Shown piece after piece: positions 27,701-37,550 of a stretch of DNA of 64,000 bases. The first letter of the stretch is position 1; every line of letters begins with the position of its first letter. Origin of the DNA: Psilocybe cubensis (taxonomy: Eukaryota); assembly GCA_017499595.2 (NCBI GenBank), contig CM039009.1, positions 2,480,001 to 2,544,000 of the forward strand, written 5' to 3'. The notes beneath the pieces were generated by a model. The model did no database searches and had not been told where the DNA came from. It saw nothing but the letters and a program-made list of their open reading frames with translations. The position numbers and the translations under genes were made by a program.

Positions 27701-29460
27701 AGGAGGAGAAGCGAAACAGCCCCCAGGTGATTGAGAGAGAGGCGGTGGCGGAAATTAAGGAGACATTGGCCCAGGCATCAAACGATATTGCTGCGGTCGG
27801 CATCACAGGCCATCTCGTTGAACGGGTTCTATCCGCAATCGCGGAAACAAGCACCATCGACCCACAAACCCTTGGAGATGAAGACGAACCCAAGAACTAC
27901 GCTGAAGCAAAACACTCTCCAGACGCCGACAAATGGGAAGCCGCATTTCGCGACGAAGTCAAATCACTGAAAGAAATGAAAGTCTTTCGCTTGATTCCAC
28001 GATCTCAAGTCCCGATAGGATCCAGAATCCGGAAGGGACGTCCAATATTCACTCGAAAGCGGAATGAACATGGGGTTACAGTCCGCTTCAAAGTGCGTAT
28101 CGTATTCAAGGGATATGAACAGATCTACGGACAAGACTACACTAAAACAACATCACCAACTGCTAGAACCTCTACCTGGCGACTTCTCTTTCATATCGCT
28201 GCCGTCAAGGGGTGGGATGCACAACAAATTGATATCAAAACCGCTTTCCTTCACGGCGTGCTGCCTGAAGACGAGGTGCAGTACATGGAGCAACCGGAGG
28301 GATGTGTGGAGGAAGGCAAGGAGGATCATGTCTGGATAATTGAGCGGGGGCTGTATGGTATGAAGCAGGCAGGGCGGATATGGAACAAAACACTAAACGA
28401 GGCGATGAAATCTTGGGGTTTTACACAACTGAAAAGTGAGTCGTGTATATATTTTCGACACGATCAACACGGTACAGTCATCACTGGTGTACATGTCGAT
28501 GACTTCCTCTCAATTGCGGACCCTCCCAGCGCAAACAATCACTTCAAAACACAGATGAGGACGAAGTGGACCATCTCAGATTTAGGTGAACCAAAACATT
28601 GCATTGGAATTGCAGTTTCTCGAAATCGAGCCGAACATACCATCTCTCTCTCCCAAACCGCCCTCATCGACCGTATCATCCAACAATTCGGACAAAGCGA
28701 CTCATATCCCCTAAGCATACCATTTGATCCCGGCCTGAAACTTAGACGTCCTAACCCCAAAGACTTCACTGAGGAGGAGAAGACACAGATTATGAAACTA
28801 CCTTATCGCTCACTAGTCGGCTGCCTACTTTATCTCGCAGTAGGAACGCGTCCCGACATTTCGTATGCGGTCCAACAGCTATCCCAATACTTAGATTCAT
28901 ATTCCTACGCTCACTGGAACGCCGCTATTCGTGTCGTACGCTACCTCAAAGGCACCAGAGACCTCAAACTCATACTGGGTGGAAAATACGATATCAAACT
29001 CATGGGCTTTACCGATTCCGACTGGGCTAACTGCTTGGACACGAGGAGGAGTGTCGGCGGCTACGCGTTCTCACTCGGATCAGGTCTCATTTCGTGGAGT
29101 TCGAAGAAACAGAAGACATTGGCTACATCATCCACAGAGGCCGAATATACAGCAGCGTTTGAGGCTTCGAAGGAAGCAGTCTGGCTTCGAACATTACTCA
29201 CAGAAATCTCACTATCACCACAAGACGAAACCATCATCATGTGCGACAACAATGGCGCCATCAGCCTATCTGAGGACCCCTCAAATCATTCAAAGGCAAA
29301 ACATATCGACATACACTACCACTATCTCCGCGAGAAGGTCGAAGAAAAAGCAGTCGCCCTGGCTTATGTGCACACGTCAAACAACATAGCCGACTTATTC
29401 ACAAAAGGCCTCGACAGGACAAAGTTCACTCGTTTCAGAACCCTTATAGGTGTAGCATAA
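24754..29460 (+). CDS. Copia Gag-Pol polyprotein (1568 aa)
   Basis: Zn knuckle CSNC..SGH....C, protease YLDSGAS, WHRRLGH...CDSC, integrase D..DNG..E, RT (DIKTAFLHG, GLYGMKQAG, HVDD) and RNase H (FTDSDW, STEAEY, CDN, ADLFTK), in PR-IN-RT-RH order. Confidence 0.98.
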   Translation: MGDGTIPTVDPNDATRPSVSEKHITATYKGDPLDKNVGNWKTWSRTIKDDLTIHGFGAHINPKLCKSPDPSVYPIAHRNWTYNDQVAKSYICRYCVDFEREKIDHLETALECWETLEKYHLDEGPIKQVSLIQKALTSRIPRDSTMVEKAREIREQIKRAFQIPGGVTEDVLTVIAILHALDDGHDHTRLLIQTQMQSATKERPYKYEDIVLVLEREVQLILGAEQRNTLADSPLALAAQTKGKGKSSIICSNCARSGHTIEWCIKGPNGGMKGKTIAEVRAARAEKNGQNSSRTNTSSKPPTYSFKDASGKALFTIQVDPSPPDATPSKNEFAGLASITPEQFAQLEQRATDRLAEEESIEYEGWMAKVEEITEMDTPTTSLDWNAHSRVFDTAKIATSPLNTPDSTPIKNIEELPFYLDSGASTHISPEVTDFKTLRPISLRSVKGVGGSSINAHGVGDISLRLPNDISIQLKDVLYIPQSAARLISVSKLARHSKTRSTFDDEGCIIQSKSTGATIANGTLLNSNLYSLNLYKPEADHIFVASHEPDLETWHRRLGHPNYQTLVDMARKGLVEGMSLPDALPKKCDSCILGKQTKTPVPKKREEGEGHRATEILEKVLADLSGKHDVTSKSGNEYVMDIMDDCASFTWGIPLPDKGAADDNLIAWEIAREREFGKRVGTYYIDNGELKTKKFLAWTRSRGTRVVFTAPYTSAHNGRVERLHRTIMNKARTMRIYAGCPPSLWDEFYLTGIHLQNRTITRSIDSVTPYQILYKRAPDYSYMREIGCRAFVLIQPVKSNPKIYARSIECILIGYEPNAKAYRCYHPTTKRVISSYHVRFLESHEGHSRSINDNPSSTSPTTLPEILASSTPDSNNLNEDIEEFLTGTPPDDDVLTPPRQQSDIPPVPDAPAPIYRNPDPKPADQRRTSSRIANANSDDAEKRSRLERALEEVRDSAERRREYLDELKRKREEKKRTLVDVVEEEKRNSPQVIEREAVAEIKETLAQASNDIAAVGITGHLVERVLSAIAETSTIDPQTLGDEDEPKNYAEAKHSPDADKWEAAFRDEVKSLKEMKVFRLIPRSQVPIGSRIRKGRPIFTRKRNEHGVTVRFKVRIVFKGYEQIYGQDYTKTTSPTARTSTWRLLFHIAAVKGWDAQQIDIKTAFLHGVLPEDEVQYMEQPEGCVEEGKEDHVWIIERGLYGMKQAGRIWNKTLNEAMKSWGFTQLKSESCIYFRHDQHGTVITGVHVDDFLSIADPPSANNHFKTQMRTKWTISDLGEPKHCIGIAVSRNRAEHTISLSQTALIDRIIQQFGQSDSYPLSIPFDPGLKLRRPNPKDFTEEEKTQIMKLPYRSLVGCLLYLAVGTRPDISYAVQQLSQYLDSYSYAHWNAAIRVVRYLKGTRDLKLILGGKYDIKLMGFTDSDWANCLDTRRSVGGYAFSLGSGLISWSSKKQKTLATSSTEAEYTAAFEASKEAVWLRTLLTEISLSPQDETIIMCDNNGAISLSEDPSNHSKAKHIDIHYHYLREKVEEKAVALAYVHTSNNIADLFTKGLDRTKFTRFRTLIGVA

Positions 29461-29530
29461 ACTTTTCATTTCTATATCTTCTTCATTACACATTTATATT
29501 TCTTTCCTTCATAACATCGCGCTACCTCGT

Positions 29531-29540
29531 TGAGGAGGAG
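29531..29540 (+). promoter_or_regulatory. Copia polypurine tract
   Basis: tgaggaggag immediately before the 3' LTR. Confidence 0.85.
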
Positions 29541-29864
29541 TGTTGACATCCACCGATCTACCACGATGACGTCAGACCACCTTTATTATTTTCCCCCACA
29601 TTCCTAAACAACCACCTTTATATTCGTCCACGTAGAATAACCCTTTGTACTATGGGGAGGTATATAGTACCGACCCACATCGATGCAGAACCTCAGTCTC
29701 TATCATATAGAACTGAGGTATGCATGTTTTCACTTTCACACTTTATCCAATATCTAATGTACCGTATAGTCTATTTCTCTACTCTAGGTACATTGTCATG
29801 TAATTCAGTCTCTATCATATAGAACTGAGTCTATTTCTCTACTCTAGGGTCTAGATTTTCTACA
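29541..29864 (+). repeat. Copia 3' LTR
   Basis: Direct repeat of 24238-24561, followed by TSD GATCC. Confidence 0.97.
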
Positions 29865-30360
29865 GATCCCATCAATCTCAAGTCGCTCTCTATGTCCTTG
29901 TATCCCTCCACTTCTTTTCAAATAGGTGATCTGTTAGTTTTACTTGGTGCGCGCAGATCCAGTCCTTTTCACCACCTGACTTCGTTGTCTATATCAACCT
30001 CATTGATAACATTTACAATCGAATTGCTTCAATTGACAAAATGTCTGGAGACACTGACTCTGGACTTTGCAGAGGAAACGTACAGATGTAAGTCTTTGGT
30101 TCCATCGAAATTTCCAAGTTGAAATGTATTTGCTTTTTTCAGTGATAGCTCACAGGCTTGATTCCGGGCAGCATTTCCTAGATTCTCAGCTGTTTTACCA
30201 TCTGAAGTGTATCGAGATCAAGTACTCATTACACGCTAGGCAGCATGACCCGGACGGATCCTTGAAAGCCGCCTTGGTCGGACAGTCTCTCCCCCCTCAC
30301 CTCGAAATGCTTTGCATAACAATGAGGATACATGATACAGCACACAGCACCCCGGACGGA

Positions 30361-31481
30361 GACCACGTAGATAGACTTCCGTACATTGTGTAGCGCAGAC
30401 TCAACAAGCTTCCACCACCATCCCTCTGTGCGCTGTCCGATCCGACGCCTCCATATGGTGACAACAGAGTGATTCGACACGACCTTGCCGTATCAGACCA
30501 GCCGCACTATCCGTGTACTGCCTTCAGCCTTCCGTCTTCAGTTTCAGTTTTCAGCATTCAGTTTTCAGTCTACAGTTTTCGGCATTCAGTTTCAGTAAAC
30601 GGGTTAGAGGGTTACAGGTTACTGAGCTGCAGGAATATATGGTTCTGGAATGCTACAGTCTGTCCCTTCATCTTCGTATCCTTACCATCACAAGATCCTG
30701 GTCCTAGGACCCCTCAAAAATTTTTCACCCATGGGGCCCGCGTCTCTGACTGGTATATCGGGCCCTTTGGTTTCGCCCACCCTCACTTCCACACTTCCGC
30801 CACCTTTCCTACCTGAGACCGCCACCCCTCAGTTGCCATCTGCCAACAAAAAGCCAAAAAATAGGTGGGCCAGGGAGGCATGCCCTACCACTCACCCCAC
30901 GTTCATTGGATCCTCCTTTCTTATTACGGGCGGTCAATTCTATCCACATTCACCCCTCCGAATCACTCCCAATCCGTTCAGCTCCATTCACCGCCGATTC
31001 CAACGTTGCCAAAGTCCATCACCAATTTCCGAGCACTTCTCATCTAGTTTGGTGTCAGCCACCCGCATTCCCTGTTCTCAGCCACCAAGCAGACCCACCT
31101 CGACTACAGTTTCATCTACCGCACAAATTCGAGTTCCCGAATCGCGTTCCGACAAACCTTTGTTGCACTCGCAAAGCTGCAAGCAGGTTCACCCTTTCCG
31201 TCTTCTGTCTTTTGGAAAATCGGCCACACAATTTCGAAGCTTCATACGCCGAATCAAGGCTCGCTTGAAGAAGATTTCTAGTTAGTATATTTTTATTTTT
31301 TATTTTGGGTTTGTGTTTTGTTGCAACGCGGACGTTGCTTTTGTGGGACGGGGGAACATGTACCAGGGGATTCGGTTGTTAGTCACGTGACCACGTAGAT
31401 AGACTTCCGTACATTGTGTAGCGCAGACTCAACAAGCTTCCACCACCATCCCTCTGTGCGCTGTCCGATCCGACGCCTCCA
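30361..31481 (+). mobile_element. Small non-autonomous LTR element (TRIM-like) with 5'-truncated left LTR
   Basis: 93-bp direct repeat 30361-30453 = 31389-31481; full right LTR probably TG 31359 to CA 31481, preceded by purine-rich gggacgggggaaca; left LTR followed by ta + TGGTGACAACAGAGTGATTCGA (complement of a tRNA 3' end). No recognisable gag/pol inside. Confidence 0.75.
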
Positions 31482-31509
31482 ACACTACCTACATAATCTA
31501 CACTAAGAA

Positions 31510-32898
31510 CTACGAGGAGCGAAGCACAAATAGCCAGGGTTCGTATAAGGCGGAAGATGTATGAATGGACAGTGAGAAATGCGTAAGAGACGATCGACAC
31601 TGCCAGAATGCGGATTCAAATTTCTGTCGCCAATGGTCCTTCCAGATGCAGGAGAATGAGTCTTCCTTTTTGAAGGTACAACGTATAGAAAGATCTATTT
31701 GCACCGCAGGCTTTTTCGTGCGCCTGGACACGGCGGAAGACAGGTTATCATCCCAAGAGACTGCCTCTTTAAGTAGCACATTGTCGTCCAAAAGACCATA
31801 GTCTGGGGCTGTTAGGGTACTGCGTATTGTATCGTCAAGTGATCCTTTTATGTAAAGTTTTTCGAGCTGAGGAGGGAGTGAGTTTCCCACGACGCAAACT
31901 GCCAGCGGCCCAGATGGACTAGGAGACTGAGCATGCAATTTGTAATGGAGATCGAGAGACTTCAAATGGATGAACTGCCGGGAACTAAGTAAACTCCCCC
32001 CCGGATTCAGTCTGTCAGCCATGACTGGGAAAAAAATTGCATGTAAATTTGGATACTTATATAGCGCTATGAACTTACCTTTGTATGCTTCTTCACAGCA
32101 GTTCAACGACAGTGTCTCCAAACGTTTTGTTTGTTCAATCAATTCGATTGGGAATGCTTGACACACGGTTAATAGAGTCAACTTTGTCAGGTACTGCAAA
32201 GGACTGAATTTGGGCCCCCCAAGTAAAATCAGCAGATCGAGTACTTCAAACGAACCTATGGGTTGCGTTACAATGTTGAGCGACTTGAGATAGACGGGGA
32301 CCAATCTATCCGAGACAATATCAGGCACGGACCATCCACCGACCCACGACAGGGAGAGGTGTTCGATCTTTGACTCCCATAGAAGGTCGAAAGGTAGGCC
32401 GGTTGTGGAGTGAAGCTCCAGGGCGTTAATGTGTGATTCCTTGATTAATGACCTGAGCGAAGGTTCCATTGCGGGATGTCGATCCTGCAATTTTGCAAAG
32501 TACGTTGTACGAATTTCCAGCTTTCGAACAGGCGTGTGCAATATAGCATCATCCCTGAATATTTGGTTCCAAATTGCAATATAGACCTGCATTTGTCGTG
32601 CACGGCAGTCTTCTTGAATGATAATGTCGACATGGGCAATGAAAGTGTGTATACCACGCATTGCGTAACCAGCTGCTTCCTCGATGAGAGTTGCCAGTAT
32701 GTCGTAGTCGGTCGAACTCGTCTTGGTTTTACTATCACCCCCGATATAAAAGAAGCGTTTTTTGTTGGCTATGATACGGCAATGGTGTGAGAGGAGTGTT
32801 ATCGATGAAACTGATTTGGGATCAAGTGTATCAACTGCAATCTCCATGATAGTGTCGATAACTTCCAAGGGAAGCACTGGTAGGGTATCTGTGGCCAT
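31510..32898 (-). CDS. F-box-like/LRR-like family paralog 2
   Basis: LPLEVIDTIMEIA N-terminus, LxxLxL repeats, in-frame 54-nt intron 32025-32078 at the conserved position; full-length similarity to paralogs 3 and 4. Confidence 0.85.
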   Translation of the reverse strand: MATDTLPVLPLEVIDTIMEIAVDTLDPKSVSSITLLSHHCRIIANKKRFFYIGGDSKTKTSSTDYDILATLIEEAAGYAMRGIHTFIAHVDIIIQEDCRARQMQVYIAIWNQIFRDDAILHTPVRKLEIRTTYFAKLQDRHPAMEPSLRSLIKESHINALELHSTTGLPFDLLWESKIEHLSLSWVGGWSVPDIVSDRLVPVYLKSLNIVTQPIGSFEVLDLLILLGGPKFSPLQYLTKLTLLTVCQAFPIELIEQTKRLETLSLNCCEEAYKGKFIALYKYPNLHAIFFPVMADRLNPGGSLLSSRQFIHLKSLDLHYKLHAQSPSPSGPLAVCVVGNSLPPQLEKLYIKGSLDDTIRSTLTAPDYGLLDDNVLLKEAVSWDDNLSSAVSRRTKKPAVQIDLSIRCTFKKEDSFSCIWKDHWRQKFESAFWQCRSSLTHFSLSIHTSSALYEPWLFVLRSS

Positions 32899-33717
32899 AG
32901 CACTTGAGGAGCGTTTAATTCTTAGTTTTGTTTTATCTCTGAAAGATGAACGCTGTAGATGAAGACAAGGAATACTCCATTCTCATCCACCTTCACGCGT
33001 CATGATTGTATGTGAGAATTATTTTCAGCTCACGTGCTAAGGAGTGGCTGTGCTGTCGATGCGGCAGAGCCTGGCAAATCACAACTAAAGTACAATCGTA
33101 CATAACTGCATTTGTGTCCATGCAGACCTATGTGAAGATACTGTAAGATGACCAAGAATGCACTTCCTGTAGTCAATATCAGTGATATCTTTGAGCAGCG
33201 AGTAAACAGAGTTACTCTCTTGACCTCAAGGGGAGGGTTAATTTCACAGAAAATCCGGTTATTTCCCCCTGCTCCTGACTACTCTGGACCTGATGTTGCC
33301 ATGTTCCTACCCATTCAAAATATAGGTGCACCCAGGAGCGGAGCATATCGTGGTTTCTAGTTGAGATTACTATACAGAAAATCGACGCCAGCGTTTGTAT
33401 TAATGAGTACACGCATCAATGGATTTGGATTGCCAATGTGTTAAGGTTCCAGAAAACGACACTTCATTTTCGTCTCTGGCATCTTTACGGTTTAAGGGTT
33501 CCCACCTGGGAATGCTAATGAACGCAGCTTTGGATGCGTATACAGCAAATATTAGCGCCTAATACGTGGCAAGGATATCTTTTAACACCCGATGCACCCG
33601 ATGTAGTCCGTCGCATGAAAATAACTATTGTTTACTACTGGTTTCCTACATCTGTACCATAATACAATGTAAAAGCAACCTATCGCTTCAAAATACCGAG
33701 GAGACTGTACATCTCCC

Positions 33718-34380
33718 TCAAGCATCCGTCACCGGCTGATCCACTTGATTCTCGTTCGCAAGCGATACTTCATAGTACCCATTATCCTCTATCCAATCAC
33801 TGAAAACCCGAGTATAGAGATTTCCAGTTGTCTCCGTGACACAAAACCGTTTGTTTGCCTCTATGAGAGTAGGCCAATCATCTTCATTACACCATGGCGT
33901 TGCCAGGATATTTTCGAGGAGGGTTTTGTAGAACACATAAAATTTGGGTTCCAAGTTGTTCAGAAGTGCAGTGATCTCTTTTTTAAATGTCTTCGCTGCA
34001 TTTTGCAGGTATGCTAGCACTTGCTTTCCGATTTCGGTCTTGTCTCCGGGTATAACGCCGTCTGAAAGTGTTTTGTGTAAAATGAGTTGCCTTTCCAAAG
34101 TGCATAAGGGACGTTTGCGTTGCGTACCTTTCTCTTTCCCAGCACGGAAGAATAGAGTTTTGACCGCATGCACATCCTTTTTGAGGTCCATCAGGTTTGA
34201 CCTGGCATTCACCAGCAGCATCCCGTAGGTGGCATGTTCTATCCCAGGATTGAATGTTGGGAATGTCACTATTGTTTCTGCAATGGTGTACAGCCAAACC
34301 ACGGTGAAATACTGATATTTGGGTAAACGTTAGCCATTTTGGTACTATGACGTCTGCACTTGCCTGTAATTCGAATACAT
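33718..34380 (-). CDS. Hypothetical protein, tandem paralog A (YSN.R / YF...LYT...TF.PGI.H.T...FFRAG...L.NIL.TPWC)
   Basis: ORF 33718-34302 plus a small upstream exon MYSNYR; aligns by eye with 35536-36200. Confidence 0.6.
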
Positions 34381-35535
34381 GGTCTTGCTGACAGAAATTA
34401 GTGAATTAGTGCTGTATTCATGTTGGAAATTGGGTATAGGATGGAGTATACCTCAACACCGGGTGGCTTGGGGTTGTTTTTGTCCTCTCTCTCTTTGATC
34501 ACTTTCGCTGCGTCGTCCCTCGCGACTAAAGAAACAATGTATCTCAGTTCTCGTATGAAATCAAAGTACCTAGCCAAACAGCATTACCAGCTTTAAAAAA
34601 ACTCGAGACGCTCTAAACTTCCCAATGAGCTATGTAAATTATGCAGAGGGAAGGAGCCTACTCACATTCCAGTCAACTTGAGGCAAATGTGCTTTAACTT
34701 TGGCCTTATTCGCATCCTTTAGCTTCTCTTCGAGTTTTGAGGGGAAGCGGATGGCAGAAACGACAGGATTCTCTGATTCCATGATCGCTACTTTGAAAGA
34801 AATTTCTTTTTCCTTGATCCGCGATGAGGCGAGGTATACTTGGTATATATACCACTCATGCATACCTATCAAAAGGGTTAAATTCGTAGGAATACGAGCG
34901 ATGGGTTTATCGCTTGATCTCGAAGAAATGATAGGTACATTCCGCGTGTTAAACGTCGGTGCTTGCAAGCTCCGGAACCACAGGAGTAGAGTGAAAGGTG
35001 ACCTAAGCAAGGCGTTGTACCTGTATCACTCATAGAAATTTGTATGCGACGTCTACAGGAGTACTTGAGAACATATCCGGAGTTCCATCCCTCCGAAGTT
35101 TGGGTGACGAAATGGATCGGTCAGAATGTGTTCAAGTCTGTTCCTCAACCCCGGCGTAGTAATTGTTGCTAGATCGCATCCTGTATTACACTCATAAACG
35201 ATATATCCCCTCCTGTTTGTCGAAAGGATGGGAAGTCGTAATTTTACCCTGCTTATCTGGGATCTGGAGCTGTTTCGGTAGCCATTTTTAGACGCTAGAT
35301 GTCACACTATTCTCTGAAAAGCATAGCATCGCAGTATCGGGAGCTACTGTATGCACAAAAATGTGGGACCATTTTTACTGGTATAACAACTTTTAAACGA
35401 AAGTCAAATTCAGGTGTGTAAATGAAGTTTTCAAACATAAAACTGCTACACTGGTACTACAGTAAAACATTTCGGCAATAACTAACAATCACTCCTGACG
35501 CACACCATCCCTAACAAGCACCCACAATCAGCGCA

Positions 35536-36210
35536 TCAATCCTCCGGGTCCTTCTTCCCATTCAACCTCCCAGCGCGGAAAAACAAGTTATCATCAACCC
35601 ACGCATTCGGTACATAATGATCCAGCGTAAGATTAACCGAAAACGGACTCGTCTTCTCCTTCACAAAAAAAGGATCCCACGCGCCTGTGCACCACGGCGT
35701 CAGAAGAATGTTCTGCAGAAGCGCCAGCTTGAACTCGCGGTGCGGGTCAGTGGGGTCATTGACGACTGCAACAATGTACTTGTTTGTCCTTTCAAAGAGA
35801 CTTTGTGCGTGGGTTTGGAGGTATGTCTTTAGTAGTGCTTTTTGCAGCTCGTATATCGGATCGTTTGGATCTAGAAAGAATGAGATCGTTAATCCATACT
35901 CCAGAAAGGGTGAAGCAGGCGCAAAGCTCGCCTTTGGGACTGGATCCAGCGCGGAAAAAGCCGGATTTGAATTTATGGTCCGCAAGCGTCATGTACTCTA
36001 GATTCTCAGCAGAGTTCGCAATCTCCGCTGCGAATGTGATGTGATCGATCCCTGGCCAGAAGGTACCGTCCTGCGCCGCCAGCTGCCCCATTGTATAAAG
36101 AAGCGCCACGGCAAAGTACTAACACGCACGGACTGGCAGTCAGTATAGTGTTTAAGGTAGATTAGGAGGGGGATGAACGTGCCTGCAGTTCGAATACGTG
36201 GTCTTTCTGA
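35536..36210 (-). pseudogene. Hypothetical protein, tandem paralog B, with an apparent frameshift near 35905
   Basis: Similarity to paralog A switches from ORF 35792-36109 (FFRAG...CFTL) to ORF 35536-35985 (LEYGL...LQNILLTPWC). Confidence 0.55.
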
Positions 36211-37400
36211 TGGTGGGTTTTCTGGGTTAGGAGATGGGTTAATGGTGTGGATTGAAGGAGGAGCTCACTTGTTCCTGTTTAGAACGGCTTTCATAATCCT
36301 CATTTGTGTTTTTCATAGTCCTCGCCGCGTTGTCTCTGGCCACTTACGAATCAATGATCATTAGATATTTGAGCTTTTACCTGAGATACACCGATAAATC
36401 CATTACCTGCTTTGAAATAACGACCGATGTGCTGCAAAAGAACACTTATCGATGAGTTGTGGATAAGATCAAGCGAAGAGAAAGACGTACACCCCATTCG
36501 ATGTGTGGAAGCCCGTTAGCCTGCCTTATTTTGTCTACAGTCTTTAGATGCTCTTTGAGAGTTTTAGCGTCGCATATGGCGCTTATGAGACTCATGATTC
36601 TCGGCGACAAAAAAGGACTGTATCTGTTGTCATTGTCTTTATAGTTTCAAAACCTCGTTATGTAAACTACGACGTTTGTGAGTTTTGAGTTGCAACTCCT
36701 GATGTTGGTTTGAGCGGTCGGGACTTTGGTTCGCCGAATCAGATTGAGCCTTATCGTGTCTAAGAGCAAATTGGTGGGGAGACATCGTGCATGTAACTGT
36801 AACGGCAGAGCGCCCTGAATCTTTGGGGAACCGTTCCTGAAAGGTAATCATCGGGCACTGATGGACCATCGATCATTCAGTTAAGTGTTTCGTCCTCTCT
36901 GGCGTCTGTCAGTGCTTTTCGCAGTTTTATAATCCTGACCATTGTGATGACCCGAAATGATTTCCCCTTGAACTGGGACCTGGCGCAAATCTGACAACCT
37001 TCCGACGTTAACATCGCACTCGCACTCGCACATCTTGAATTCACATTCGTCGCTTTGTTCGCACTCGCAAACGGTAGATATATAGATGGATAGACACTGT
37101 ATTTTAACTTATAAGTGCTTGCGCATAATTCAAACATAAAATAATCGAAAGATTTTATCTTATCTCTTTCAAGTTTGTGTTTGAATTGACAAACTCTCTG
37201 ACCAGACGAACTGAGCATGGTAAAAGGAAAGCGACAAGGAAGCTTGCTTGTGTATATAGAGCTACACTCTTTGCGCTACCAGTGGTACTGCGATTGTATT
37301 TTCATACCCAGGATACAAAAGATGGCGTTAATCGATCATCGGCATGAAGCGCGATGCGCGTGGTCCGTGCGGTGCATGATGCGGTCACATGACTAAGCGG

Positions 37401-37420
37401 TGAACATTCCAGAGGGTTCT
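37401..37420 (+). promoter_or_regulatory. Heat-shock element upstream of hsp60
   Basis: tGAAcaTTCcaGAGggTTCt: alternating nGAAn units about 130 bp upstream of the ATG. Confidence 0.7.
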
Positions 37421-37550
37421 GTCCCCATCGGGACGCCCGTTTCAGCCCGAGCGCATTACGTATACATACGTGTCACGCTTTCGAAAAAAAGTTGTTTCTT
37501 CACCTTTCTTCCTCCCATCTACCCCTTGCCCCCCCAAAAAGCACACAACG

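Larger units (their letters stand above)
24238..29864 (+). mobile_element. Full-length Ty1/Copia LTR retrotransposon
   Basis: 324-bp TG...CA LTRs at 24238-24561 and 29541-29864; 5-bp TSD GATCC (24233-24237 and 29865-29869); PBS and PPT present; intact gag-pol ORF. Confidence 0.98.
23642..30360 (+). pseudogene. F-box-like/LRR-like family paralog 1, interrupted by Copia and truncated at the 3' end
   Basis: LPIEVINTIMEIA N-terminus; reads MELDP at 24237 and resumes INLKSLSMSLYP after 29869; intron 30088-30142 at the same site as in the paralogs; homology ends near 30355 at an LTR fragment. Confidence 0.85.

Noticed and set aside
30650-31285. 211-aa Ser/Pro-rich ORF in the mini LTR element
   Set aside because: Low complexity with no gag or pol motifs; cannot be supported as a protein.
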